64,000 bases of DNA from Gammaproteobacteria bacterium (GTDB lineage: Bacteria; Pseudomonadota; Gammaproteobacteria; G965209235): contig OZ242382.1 of the NCBI GenBank assembly GCA_965209235.1, positions 1,058,957 to 1,122,956 of the forward strand. The letters run 5' to 3'. Position numbers and translations under genes: made by a program. A model generated the notes under the pieces. That model worked only from the letters and a program-made list of their open reading frames with translations. It had not been told where the DNA came from and ran no database searches. Positions 10,197-20,629 of the stretch are shown here, piece after piece; positions within the stretch are counted from its first letter, which is position 1, and each line of letters starts with the position of its first letter.

Positions 10197-11459
10197 TCAG
10201 GACCGCGCCGGCAGCGGTTTCGGGGCGCTGTAGCGCATCATGAACGTCAAACCGCAGCACACCCATAACAGCGAGGCGACAACGATCAACATCAACGTGT
10301 AGTTTCCCGTAGAAGCCAGCAAGATGCCGCCCACGGGTGCGCCAATCGCGCTGAAAGGCACGCTGTATAGGCGGCTTGCGCCAACCACGCGACCAAACTC
10401 TTCCGGGCGAAACAGTCGTCCCATGGCAAAGTTGAACAGCACGATCGCCATGCCATAACCGAGGCCGAACAACGGGAACACGATTTGCATCGTCGTGAAC
10501 ACCGGAGCCACAGCGATGGCGGTGATTGCGACGGCTTGAATCGCGCCGCAGACGAGGAACACACGGGCAGTTGACATGCGATCCAGCAGCCATCCCACAA
10601 CGACTTTTCCGCCCATGGCCAGTCCTGCCATGATGGCAGCCATGGTGCTCGCGGATTGCAACGTTGCGCCAGCCTCAAGGCCCATATTGACGGCATGAAT
10701 GAGGACGCAGTTGATCGAGAAGAACATGATTCCCGTGACCGTGATCATCAGCAAGAATTGCTTGTTTCTCATCAGAATGAGAATGGTTTCGCCGATGGCA
10801 GCAAAGACGCCTGCGTCGTTGGGTGCTTGAACGGTGTCGCCGGCTTCTTCGCCCACCGGTTCTGGCGCTTCGCCGTCGGGGTGTTGGCCAACCTTGGCAG
10901 GCTTATCAATCACAACGAGGTAAAACAGCGGGGCTGCCAGAATCGCAACGACGCCGTAGATCAGGGCCAGTGTTTGCCAGTCTCTCCAGCCAATAATCGC
11001 CGCACCGACAATCGGCATGACAAATCCCGACAGGGAGATGCCGACGGCTGCGATGCCAAGCGCGGTGCCTCGGCGTTTGACGTACCAGCGCGTGATGAGC
11101 AGGGCGGGCGCGAGACCGCCCAGCAAGGGAGCGCCCACAGCAAGGACCGTTCCTGAAATCAACCACCAATGCCAGATTTCGGTCATCTGGGTGACTGCCA
11201 GAAATCCGATTCCCAGAAGCGCCGATCCCAATGCAAAGACGGCACCGATGGGACGGGTATCAGCCAAGCGGCCGATGTACGGAGAGACCAGCGCACCCAC
11301 CACCTGGAAAATCGCCATGCCCCATGCGAATGAGGCTTTATCCGCGTCTGATTCTGGAATGGCGGTGAGCAGCAACGAGAACGAGTAGAAGTAGAGACCG
11401 GTTGCCAGGAAGTCAGCAGAAAAAGCCGCACCAATTGCGCGCGGTCCAGAAAAACGCAT
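10197..11459 (-). CDS. MFS transporter
   Basis: About 12 hydrophobic segments; MFS motif A-like 'GRLADTRPIG' and 'GWLLDRM'. Start is uncertain (11459 or 11531). Confidence 0.88.
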   Translation of the reverse strand: MRFSGPRAIGAAFSADFLATGLYFYSFSLLLTAIPESDADKASFAWGMAIFQVVGALVSPYIGRLADTRPIGAVFALGSALLGIGFLAVTQMTEIWHWWLISGTVLAVGAPLLGGLAPALLITRWYVKRRGTALGIAAVGISLSGFVMPIVGAAIIGWRDWQTLALIYGVVAILAAPLFYLVVIDKPAKVGQHPDGEAPEPVGEEAGDTVQAPNDAGVFAAIGETILILMRNKQFLLMITVTGIMFFSINCVLIHAVNMGLEAGATLQSASTMAAIMAGLAMGGKVVVGWLLDRMSTARVFLVCGAIQAVAITAIAVAPVFTTMQIVFPLFGLGYGMAIVLFNFAMGRLFRPEEFGRVVGASRLYSVPFSAIGAPVGGILLASTGNYTLMLIVVASLLWVCCGLTFMMRYSAPKPLPARS

Positions 11460-11799
11460 ACGGATTCCGAGAGAGGACTCCGAAGCGATGCTCGGAGGGG
11501 GAGAATGGGATTGTAGGTGTCTCGTCATCATGCCGGTGATACGCTTCGTACATCAACGAGACAGCGCATGCGGGGAGGTGGTCGAAGTCGCTGAATGACC
11601 TATGAAAACCGAATGATATTCTGGATCCAGTCTTGGCTCTGGGAGGCGATAGCGAGATAATCGCGGGATCGGGTGAATGACCTCGCTGGTCTCGTCAGTT
11701 CATCCCGGTGTCTCGCCTCGTCGCAGACAAGAGCGTGACGCTCTCATGGCCATATGCTGACTTGAAGGGTGGAGTGAAAGATGGGCGCGCGTACCTGAG

Positions 11800-13761
11800 A
11801 TGACAACGTATCGAAGAGAGATTGACGGCCTTCGGGCGGTCGCCGTCATTCCTGTGATTTTTTTCCACGCGGGATCTTCTCTTTTCAACGGTGGATTCGT
11901 TGGTGTCGATGTCTTTTTCGTGATAAGCGGTTATCTGATCACGAGCATCATCATCCAAGAGCTGAGCGAAGAGCGATTCTCTCTCGTCAATTTCTACGAG
12001 CGGCGTGTGCGGCGCATCTTGCCGGCTCTGTTTCTGGTGATGTTGGTTACCTTGCTATTTGCATGGCGGTTTTTGCTGCCGAGTGATGTTCCAGAGTTTT
12101 CCAAGAGCCTGATCGCGGTGCCCCTGTTCATAGCCAATTTTCACTTCATGGAAAACGACTATTTCGGCATCGCGAACGAACTCAAGCCCATGCTCCACAC
12201 ATGGAGCTTGGCCGTCGAGGAGCAGTTTTACGCCGTCATCCCGTTCTTGTTGCTTGTAACTTGGCGGTTTGGACTGCGTGCGGTTGCGGGTGTCGTGATC
12301 CTCTTGTTCATGTGCAGCCTTGTTGCCATGATATTCATTCTGCCGGTCAACCCTGATCTCACATTTTTTATGCTGCCGACCCGAGCTTGGGAACTGCTGC
12401 TTGGCAGTGCCATTGCCGTGTACTTCTTTTACCAGAACCCTGCCGCACGTGAAAACTGGATTGCGAGGAGTGGAGCGTGGATCGCTCAACTGGGAAGCGC
12501 TGCCGGCTTATCTCTGATTGCTTATTCGGTCTTTGTATTCAGTGAGGCAATGCCATTTCCCAGCGTGTACGCACTGATGCCGACGATCGGCACCGCACTG
12601 GTGATCATCTTTGCCTCTCCGCGTACTCTGGTCGGCCAGCTGCTTGGGAACAAGCTGTTGGTCGCAATGGGCCTTGGAAGCTACAGCGCATATCTGTGGC
12701 ACTTCCCCCTGTTCTCATTGATTCGGTATAGAGCGATCTCTGATGTCGATGCGGGGGTCTTGATGCTGTACAGCCTCCTGATCATTCCACTGTCGTACCT
12801 CAGTTGGCGGTTTATAGAAACGCCGTTTCGCAACAGACATCAAGTGAGTAGGCGTGTGGTTTTCGGGATGTCCGCAGCGTCCGCTCTAGTGTTGATCGGA
12901 TTCGGTGTGATCGGCGCCCAATCAGATGGCATCGTGGGCCGGCCGCATGTCACACAGCAACTCCTCGAGATCGAGCGCAATCTCTTGCCGAATGTTGGAT
13001 TGCGTGATAACTGTCAACCTGTGTTCAGTCGCCTATCTTGCGTGACAGGCGATCAGCCCAGAGTTATGGTTTGGGGAGACTCGCAGGCAGCCAGTCTCGT
13101 GCATGGCATGCTGACATCGCATCCCGACTTGCAGGTGGTGCAGGCGACGACCAGCAGCTGCGGGCCAGTCTTTGAAATTGCGGTTTTTGCGGAAAGAAAG
13201 AAAAGAGCGCAAGCGCAGTACTGCCTGAGACAAAACGATGCGGTGCGGCGGCATTTGGAGGAGACCACCTCCATTCAGTACGTGGTGTTGGCCGGGGCGT
13301 ACAGCGAGTTCTTCTCTGATGACTACCGGCTGGTCGATCGTGAAGACAACCTTATTGAAACTAGATCGCACCGAGAGGTGAGCCGGTACTTCGTACACAC
13401 AGTTCAATCTTTGGAGCGCCTCGGGAAGACCGTGATTGTGTTTTCCGAGTTGCCGACTTCGGGCGAAGACGTGGCGCGTTGCCATCTTAATTCGGTGCTT
13501 TCTGGAGCGGACAAATCGCGTTGTGACTTCCCAGAGAGCGTCTATCGATCGAGATCCAACGGAGTACTCAAGATGCTTGAAGCGGTGACCGCGGAGACCA
13601 ACGCGACGGTGATTGACCTCGCTGCTTTGATGTGTACAAACGGCACCTGCTCTGTTGAGAAACACGGCGTGCCGATGTACCGGGATGAGAATCACCTCTC
13701 GAAAGATGGCAGTGCGTTCGTCATGAGGGAGATCGATTTTGGGCGGCTCATTTCGGAATAG
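11800..13761 (+). CDS. OafA-type AT3-SGNH O-acyltransferase, copy 2
   Basis: 'YRREIDGLRAVAV', 'HTWSLAVEEQFY'; SGNH motifs 'WGDSQA' and 'DENH'. Confidence 0.92.
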   Translation: MTTYRREIDGLRAVAVIPVIFFHAGSSLFNGGFVGVDVFFVISGYLITSIIIQELSEERFSLVNFYERRVRRILPALFLVMLVTLLFAWRFLLPSDVPEFSKSLIAVPLFIANFHFMENDYFGIANELKPMLHTWSLAVEEQFYAVIPFLLLVTWRFGLRAVAGVVILLFMCSLVAMIFILPVNPDLTFFMLPTRAWELLLGSAIAVYFFYQNPAARENWIARSGAWIAQLGSAAGLSLIAYSVFVFSEAMPFPSVYALMPTIGTALVIIFASPRTLVGQLLGNKLLVAMGLGSYSAYLWHFPLFSLIRYRAISDVDAGVLMLYSLLIIPLSYLSWRFIETPFRNRHQVSRRVVFGMSAASALVLIGFGVIGAQSDGIVGRPHVTQQLLEIERNLLPNVGLRDNCQPVFSRLSCVTGDQPRVMVWGDSQAASLVHGMLTSHPDLQVVQATTSSCGPVFEIAVFAERKKRAQAQYCLRQNDAVRRHLEETTSIQYVVLAGAYSEFFSDDYRLVDREDNLIETRSHREVSRYFVHTVQSLERLGKTVIVFSELPTSGEDVARCHLNSVLSGADKSRCDFPESVYRSRSNGVLKMLEAVTAETNATVIDLAALMCTNGTCSVEKHGVPMYRDENHLSKDGSAFVMREIDFGRLISE

Positions 13762-14123
13762 CCGCATGTCACACCTCAACTCTCATCCGCAATCCGCGAT
13801 GTACGCGAGGATGAGGGACTGTCCTTTATGCGGAGGTGTTTTGTATCTCGCAGCCCTTGATTGAGTGGTGGAGCCATCGCAAGGGCGGGTGAGAAACGCT
13901 TTCTCGCTTACGGAAGGCGTAAGACGTACTGCGCCGGATAGTAGGATAATTGCTAGGTCGCGAAAATGACATTGCGGGCTTTATCTGCTCGTCAAGCACT
14001 CTGACTTGATTCGAGGCAAGGACCGGCACGTTCACCGCAATGTACCGACAGGATTGGCCACTGTTGCATTGTTTGCGGTGGCGACTGAAGGGTTAATCAA
14101 GAGAGAAGCGAAGCGTATCTAAG

Positions 14124-16064
14124 ATGACAACATATCGTAGAGAAATCGATGGGCTTCGGGCAGTCGCGGTGATTCCCGTGATCCTGTTTCATGCAGGGTC
14201 ATATCGGTTCAATGGGGGCTTCGTCGGCGTCGATGTCTTTTTCGTGATCAGCGGATATCTGATCACGAACATCATCATCAATGAACTCAGCCAAGAACGG
14301 TTTTCACTCGTCAATTTTTATGAGCGGCGCGTGCGCCGCATATTGCCGGCTCTCTTCTTTGTGATGTTGGTCAGCCTGCCGTTTGCATGGCTATTTCTGC
14401 TGCCCGGCGATCTTCCTGGCTTTGCCCAAAGCGTGATGGCAGTACCGCTCTTCATCGCCAATTTCCACTTCATGGAGAACAACTACTTCAGTATTGCCAG
14501 CGAGCTGAGGCCCATGCTCCATACGTGGAGCTTGGCGGTCGAGGAGCAGTTCTATGCGGTCGTGCCCATACTGCTCCTTGTGACATGGCGTTACGGGCTG
14601 CGTGTCACCGCAAGTGTGGTGGCTGCGTTGTTCGCAGGTAGCTTCATTGCCATGCTGATACTACAGCCGGAATATCCTGAGTTCACGTTTTTTATGCTTC
14701 CGACCCGAGCTTGGGAACTGCTGGTTGGTAGTGCTATTGCCATGTACTTTTTCAAAAAGGACATTACGAAACACGGAGTCTGGAGCGCTCAGCTGGGTAG
14801 CATCGCCGGCTTGTTTTTGATCACCTATTCAGTGTTCGCTTTCAGCGACGGCATGCCGTTTCCGAGTGCAAACGCGCTGATACCGACCATTGGGACGGCG
14901 CTGGTGATTGTCTTTGCGGCGCCCAGTAATCTCGTCGGTCAGCTCCTGGGAAGTAAGTTGTTTGTCACGATCGGCTTGGGAAGTTACAGCGCGTACTTGT
15001 GGCACTTTCCTTTGTTCTCGTTGATTCGACACCGAGCTATCGAGGATGTCGAGACGGTGACGATGGTGTTATTTGGTCTTCTGATCATTCCACTGTCGTA
15101 CCTCAGTTGGCGGTTTGTCGAGACGCCGTTTCGCAACAAAAAGCGATTCAGCAGACGCGTTGTTTTTGGGATGTCCGGTGCATGTGCCATGGCATTGATT
15201 GGATTGGGTGCTGTCGGTGCTCAGTCGGATGGCATCTTAGGGCGGCCGCATGTTACGAAGCAACTTCTAGAGGTAGAGCGCAATCTCGAGCCAAACGTTG
15301 GTCTCCGAGGTAACTGTGAACCGGTGTTGACACGTTTTTCTTGCAAGACGGGCGCCCAGCCGACGGCGATGGTTTGGGGTGACTCTCAAGCAGCATCTCT
15401 CGTGCATGGAATTGTGGCATCGCACCGTGATGTGCAGATCGTTCAGGCAACAACCAATGGGTGCGGACCCGTTTTTGGTGTTGCGGCGTTCAAAGGCCGA
15501 CCTGATAGCACGAGAGTGAAGGAATGCCTAGAGCAAGGTGATGCGGTGCAACGGTACTTGGAGGAGACCGCATCCATCCAGTATGTGATTTTGGCTGGGA
15601 CGTACCGAGTGTTTTTTGAGAGTGGTTACCGTCTGGTGGACCGGGACAACGCTGTTGTTGACATTACATCTCACCGTGAGGCAACCCCTCACTTTGTGAG
15701 CACCGTTCAGTACTTAGAGCAGCTTGGAAAGAAAGTGATCGTGTTTTCCAGTTTGCCAACGTCGGGAGAAAATGTCGCGCGGTGCCGCGTGAAGTCCGTG
15801 TTCTTTCAGGTGCCTGAATCGCATTGCGACATCCCGGAGAAGGCGTATCGTGCGCGTTTCGCAGGAACCTTTCAGATGCTTGCTGCTGTTGCAGCCGATA
15901 CCAATGCGGAGGTCATCGATCTCTCATCGGTCATGTGCTCAAACGGTGTGTGTTCGACGGAAAAACAGGGAGTACTGCTGTATCAGGATGACAATCACCT
16001 CTCGAAAGATGGCAGTGCGTTCGTCATGAGGGAGATCAATTTTGGGCGGCTCATTTCCCCGTAG
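14124..16064 (+). CDS. OafA-type AT3-SGNH O-acyltransferase, copy 3 (close paralog of copy 2)
   Basis: Same motifs ('WGDSQA', 'DDNH'); collinear with copy 2 from MTTYRREIDG to the C-terminus. Confidence 0.92.
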   Translation: MTTYRREIDGLRAVAVIPVILFHAGSYRFNGGFVGVDVFFVISGYLITNIIINELSQERFSLVNFYERRVRRILPALFFVMLVSLPFAWLFLLPGDLPGFAQSVMAVPLFIANFHFMENNYFSIASELRPMLHTWSLAVEEQFYAVVPILLLVTWRYGLRVTASVVAALFAGSFIAMLILQPEYPEFTFFMLPTRAWELLVGSAIAMYFFKKDITKHGVWSAQLGSIAGLFLITYSVFAFSDGMPFPSANALIPTIGTALVIVFAAPSNLVGQLLGSKLFVTIGLGSYSAYLWHFPLFSLIRHRAIEDVETVTMVLFGLLIIPLSYLSWRFVETPFRNKKRFSRRVVFGMSGACAMALIGLGAVGAQSDGILGRPHVTKQLLEVERNLEPNVGLRGNCEPVLTRFSCKTGAQPTAMVWGDSQAASLVHGIVASHRDVQIVQATTNGCGPVFGVAAFKGRPDSTRVKECLEQGDAVQRYLEETASIQYVILAGTYRVFFESGYRLVDRDNAVVDITSHREATPHFVSTVQYLEQLGKKVIVFSSLPTSGENVARCRVKSVFFQVPESHCDIPEKAYRARFAGTFQMLAAVAADTNAEVIDLSSVMCSNGVCSTEKQGVLLYQDDNHLSKDGSAFVMREINFGRLISP

Positions 16065-16466
16065 CCCCGTTGCCAAGCATCAGCTGTCGAAAACGTTCAG
16101 GCATCTTCATGGGCAGACAAGCACGTGCTCGTTTGTGTGCGATTCGCTGCTTGGAAGGCATGCGCTCGCGACAACGCTGAGGAAGCTGGGACAGTCCGCC
16201 GCAGCGGTCCTCAAGGGGATCTCACATCTTCGCGAAGAGATAAAGACAGTGCGTACCCTTCATCTGATTGCCTGCTCTCACGCCACATATGCCGTGCCTC
16301 CGTCAGATACTTGGATAGTCGCTCGGCTGAGGATCTGGTAGGCTTCATCTGCTCATCTGGCGGTTTGGCTTGGTTCGGCAAGGGCCGATGCCTTTATGGC
16401 CTACACCGACCGGATCCGTCTATAGCATGACGGGTATTGCAGGATGAGCTGAGAGAGTAGCGACGT

Positions 16467-16560
16467 GTACCTAAGAGGACAACCTATCGACGGGCTTTGT
16501 GGAGTTGCAGTGATTCCGGTGATCTTGCCTAAGGCAGTGCCTTCGTCTTCAACCAACTTG
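16467..16560 (+). pseudogene. 5' relic of a further OafA-type acyltransferase copy
   Basis: 'gtacctaagAGGACAACctATCGACGGGctttgtggagttgcagtgattccggtgatc' aligns with the starts of copies 2 and 3 ('gtatctaagATGACAAC...atcgatgggcttcgggcagtcgcggtgattcccgtgatc') and reads IDGLCGVAVIPVIL. Confidence 0.75.
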
Positions 16561-16743
16561 GCCCTTTGCTGCTGTGTTTGCACAAAGAGTGAGGATGAGC
16601 ATCATGTTTGAACGACAGCCGTTCGGCTTGAGCCGAGACCCCCGGGCGAGGGGCTTATAGATTGATTGCGCCAACTTCCCGTTGGTAATTTTCGTGGTAA
16701 CAAGTAGGGTATTACAATTGGCAAAGCAAGTGACGGCCATGCT

Positions 16744-18216
16744 ATGAGATTCGTCGGCGAGTCTCTCACATTTGACGATGTCTTGCTTCGTCCGGGTCCG
16801 TCGCAGATTGGCCCCAGTGAAGCCAACTTGCGAAGTGAAATCGCTGGAATGGGCGTTGCTCTTCCATTCGTGTCATCCGCGATGGACACCGTCACCGAGC
16901 GCGACATGGCGATTGCCATGGCCGAGGCTGGCGGCCTTGGGGTGATCCATAAGGCGTTAGATCGCGTGCTTCAAATCAAACAAGTGAAAGCTGTTAAGCG
17001 GCGCGGCGCCGGTGTACTGCGATCCCCCACCACCATTGATTACCGAGCGTCTGTCGGTGAAGCGCGAGAACTGACTCGCGATTCAGGGTATTCCGGGGTG
17101 CCAGTCGTTGAAGGGCGGACGTTGGTGGGCATTGTGACTCATCGTGATCTGCGGTTACCTATTGAGAATTCGGCACCCATCACCAGTGTGATGACCAAAC
17201 GGGATAACCTGGTCACGGTGTCAGAAGGCCAGTTTCGAGACTCACAAGCCTTGATGATTGAGGCCGAACGGCTGATGAACACCAATCGCATTGAGAAGGT
17301 GCTCATCGTCGGGAAAGACAATCATCTGACGGGGATGGTCACCCTGCGCGATATCAAGAACGTCAACACTTGGCCGAATGCCACGCGCGATGCGCAAGGT
17401 AGGCTCATGGTGGCTGCTGCTATTGGAGTTGGTGCGTCCGCCATTGAGCACGCCCAAGAACTACACGCCGCCGGGGTTGATGCCGTGGTCGTGGATAGCG
17501 CCCACGGCCATGCTCAGGCTGTGGTTGACACTGTTAGGCAGCTGTGCTCTGAGACTCGGCTGCGCGTGATTGCGGGCAACGTGGCCACGGCTGATGGTGC
17601 CAAAGCACTGGCAGATGCTGGCGCGTCTTGCGTGAAGGTGGGAATCGGTCCAGGATCGATCTGTACTACACGTATCGTGACAGGTGTCGGTGTTCCGCAG
17701 CTTACGGCGGTGATTGAAGTTGTGAACGCCTTGAAGGGATCAGGTGTGAGCGTGATTTCAGACGGTGGAATTCGAGCCAGTGGTGATGTCGTGAAGGCAC
17801 TCGCTGCAGGCGCGAGCGCGGTCATGTTGGGTAGTGCGCTCGCCGGCACTGATGAAGCCCCCGGCGAGACGATCATTCTCGACGGGCGTAGCTGGAAGGC
17901 GTATCGCGGCATGGGATCCCTTGGAGCCATGAGCTCGCGGCGAGAAGCGGCAGAGCGGTACTTTCAAGGTGACGCTGAAGTGTCGAAGTTAGTGCCTGAA
18001 GGCGTCGAAGGCAGAGTTCCTTACCGTGGCCCCGTGAGGGCCGTGTTGGACCAGTTGTCTGGCGGATTACGTTCAGGGATGGGATATGTCGGTGCGGGCA
18101 CCTTAGAGGATCTGCATGATAAAGCAGAATTTGTGAGGGTCACACCGATGTCCATGCAGGAGAGCCACGTTCACAGCGTTCGGGTGACGCGCGAAGCTCC
18201 TAACTACGATGGCTGA
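16744..18216 (+). CDS. guaB: IMP dehydrogenase
   Basis: 'LTFDDVLL', CBS pair, '[14 protein letters not shown]' with catalytic Cys, 'YRGMGS', 'PEGVEG'. Confidence 0.97.
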   Translation: MRFVGESLTFDDVLLRPGPSQIGPSEANLRSEIAGMGVALPFVSSAMDTVTERDMAIAMAEAGGLGVIHKALDRVLQIKQVKAVKRRGAGVLRSPTTIDYRASVGEARELTRDSGYSGVPVVEGRTLVGIVTHRDLRLPIENSAPITSVMTKRDNLVTVSEGQFRDSQALMIEAERLMNTNRIEKVLIVGKDNHLTGMVTLRDIKNVNTWPNATRDAQGRLMVAAAIGVGASAIEHAQELHAAGVDAVVVDSAHGHAQAVVDTVRQLCSETRLRVIAGNVATADGAKALADAGASCVKVGIGPGSICTTRIVTGVGVPQLTAVIEVVNALKGSGVSVISDGGIRASGDVVKALAAGASAVMLGSALAGTDEAPGETIILDGRSWKAYRGMGSLGAMSSRREAAERYFQGDAEVSKLVPEGVEGRVPYRGPVRAVLDQLSGGLRSGMGYVGAGTLEDLHDKAEFVRVTPMSMQESHVHSVRVTREAPNYDG

Positions 18217-19756
18217 ACACCCTATCAGTCACATTGCGGTTCTTGATTTTGGATCCCAAGTCGCTGCTCTCATCGCACGTCGATTGCGTGAGCGTGGGAT
18301 AGATTCGAGGGTATATCCGAGTACGGTCGACGCGAGCACATTGTGCGAAAGTCAGCCATCTGGTGTCATCCTTTCTGGCGGCCCCGAGAACGTCGCCAAG
18401 CGGCATCATGACTATCCTGCGGTACTGGATGAGATGGATGTTCCGGTACTTGGGATCTGTTACGGAATGCAACTGCTGTGCCAGCATTTTGGTGGGAAGG
18501 TCTCCACCCGGATCGGCCAGTTCGGCAAGACAACCGTGCACGTGATTGACCACGATTGCGCGGTGTTGAAAGGCAACGGTGTTGGTAACGACTTTGTCGC
18601 ATGGATGAGTCACGGCGATGAAGTTGACCAGCTTCCAGATGGGTGGACAGTGGCGGCTGAGAGTGAGACGCATCCTCATGTGGCTGTGTCATCCGCCGAC
18701 GGCCGACGCATCGGATTGCAGTTTCACCCCGAGGTCTCGCATACCGTTGGAGGCACGGACATGTTGGAGCGTTTTGCTCGGCAGACGTGCGGTATGGCAG
18801 GAAGTACCGAGACAAGCGATCGACTGGACATCGCCATCCGAAATGTGCAGGAACTGATCGGTGATGAAGAGGCTGTCATTGGCCTGTCTGGTGGCGTGGA
18901 CTCCGCGGTGGCCACTGCCATCTGCGTGAAAGCTGGAGTGCGGGTCCATCCGGTGGCTGTGGATACGGGACTATTGCGGCAAGATGAGCTTGCGCTGATT
19001 CGTGGTGCCACTCGCGCCATGGGCGTCAAACTGGATGTGTTGGATGCATCAAAGGCCTTTTTTGCGGCGCTGCATGGGGTGAGTGACCCTGAGACGAAGC
19101 GCAAGATCATTGGTCGGCTGTTTGTGGAAACATTTCAAGAGTGGGCGCGTCAGCGCCAGCCCAAGCCGGCATTTCTTGTGCAAGGCACGATTTACTCCGA
19201 TGTGATCGAGTCAGCAGGTGATGGGCACGGCAGTCACAGCATCAAGTCGCACCACAATGTTGGTGGACTGCCGGAAGAGATGGAACTACGGCTATGCGAG
19301 CCGTTACGTAAGTTATTCAAGGATGAAGTCAGGGATGTTGGGCGGTTGCTCGGGTTGCCTGAGGAATTGCTGATGCGTCATCCATTTCCCGGACCAGGCC
19401 TCGCTGTCCGATTGCCAGGTGAAGTGACCAAGGAGCGAGCCGATACGTTGAGACAGGCTGACGCCATTTTTATGGAGGAACTGTATGCCTCGGGGTGGCA
19501 TCAGAAGGTGGCACAAGCTTTTGCTGTCTTATTGCCGGTCAAATCAGTAGCGGTGAAGGGTGATGCGCGGCTGTACGGTCAGGTTGTGTCGCTAAGGGCG
19601 GTGGTGACCGATGATTTTATGACGGCCAGTTGGGCTCAGCTACCACATGATCTATTGAGTCGCGTTGCGCGCAGAATCGGGAATGAGTGCGTCACTGTGT
19701 CAAGAGTCTTGTACGACATCTCCGATAAGCCACCGGCCACCGTTGAGTGGGAGTAG
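18209..19756 (+). CDS. guaA: GMP synthase (glutamine-hydrolyzing)
   Basis: 'LDFGSQ', 'LGICYGMQ', 'QFHPEV', 'SGGVDS', 'IKSHHNVGG', 'KPPATVEWE'. Confidence 0.97.
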   Translation: MAEHPISHIAVLDFGSQVAALIARRLRERGIDSRVYPSTVDASTLCESQPSGVILSGGPENVAKRHHDYPAVLDEMDVPVLGICYGMQLLCQHFGGKVSTRIGQFGKTTVHVIDHDCAVLKGNGVGNDFVAWMSHGDEVDQLPDGWTVAAESETHPHVAVSSADGRRIGLQFHPEVSHTVGGTDMLERFARQTCGMAGSTETSDRLDIAIRNVQELIGDEEAVIGLSGGVDSAVATAICVKAGVRVHPVAVDTGLLRQDELALIRGATRAMGVKLDVLDASKAFFAALHGVSDPETKRKIIGRLFVETFQEWARQRQPKPAFLVQGTIYSDVIESAGDGHGSHSIKSHHNVGGLPEEMELRLCEPLRKLFKDEVRDVGRLLGLPEELLMRHPFPGPGLAVRLPGEVTKERADTLRQADAIFMEELYASGWHQKVAQAFAVLLPVKSVAVKGDARLYGQVVSLRAVVTDDFMTASWAQLPHDLLSRVARRIGNECVTVSRVLYDISDKPPATVEWE

Positions 19757-19882
19757 TGACATGGGCTGTGAACCCCTTATAAACTAGGTTTACCGACTGT
19801 AACCTTCTGCAGATACTGCTGTTCAGCGGTCTCACAAAGCATCTCAGCTTTGCAACCTCAAGACAACGTGCCACTCGATCGT

Positions 19883-20500
19883 TCACAACGTACCGCGGTG
19901 AGCGGCATTGTTAGAGCGGCGGCAAGAATGAGAATGTTGGGCACTCGCGGTATGTTGCGAGAACGCTCCGATGGTCGTCAAGCACAGAAAGACGACCGCG
20001 TCTCGCTCAACTGCGCATACATGGTCAACGGATAGATGTAGTTCCAAAAAAGTAATAAGCGCGAGAGATGTGGTGGATAGAGTGATATACAAGAACGATA
20101 ACTTGCTTGTACGAAAGACAAAGCAGTCTTTGCTCCGATACTGTGCGATCGCAACAATTACGAAAACAATGAGTGCCAACCAAGACGGCCTAGGCAAAGC
20201 AGATCAGTGAATAGATTGACGTAGTCCCGTAGAAAGAGACTGATCCTCTGAAAGTAAGCGCGAAATAGAGAATACGAATATACACCTAGAAGATGCTGAA
20301 CAACGCAGTATCAAATATCATTGTGTTAGGCAACGACCCGGTTTGGATGAGTGTAAGGTGGCTGGCAGATATAATGGTTGTCGTTGCGCCCTCGCCAATC
20401 TATTGATGTGCAATTCCGGTTCGATTTGGCGCAGAGAGATAAGAGAGCGCATACAACAATGACAGAAGCAAAGCAAAACGGACGCGCGGATGCGCTCCAG
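19883..20500 (-). pseudogene. Possible decayed membrane-protein gene
   Basis: The minus strand gives hydrophobic peptide stretches (e.g. RFALLLSLLYALSYLS, MIFDTALFSIF*VYIRILYFAL, WLALIVFVIVAIA) interrupted by in-frame TAG stops and a frameshift. No family was recognised. Confidence 0.3.
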
Positions 20501-20629
20501 GACGTGAGATATTGTTCGGATAATTTGATCTTACAGATGGTATGTTGAAACGCTTACCCACAGAAAGGAGAAGCTAGATGAAGAGTCATCTGAAACGTCG
20601 AATTAACTATAAATCATAGGACTATTAAT

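Noticed and set aside
16681-16700. PurR box upstream of guaB
   Set aside because: Only the TTTTCGT half matches; the other half does not.
20413-20430. GGTTCGATT resembling a tRNA T-loop
   Set aside because: The flanks do not pair into a T-stem and no cloverleaf forms.
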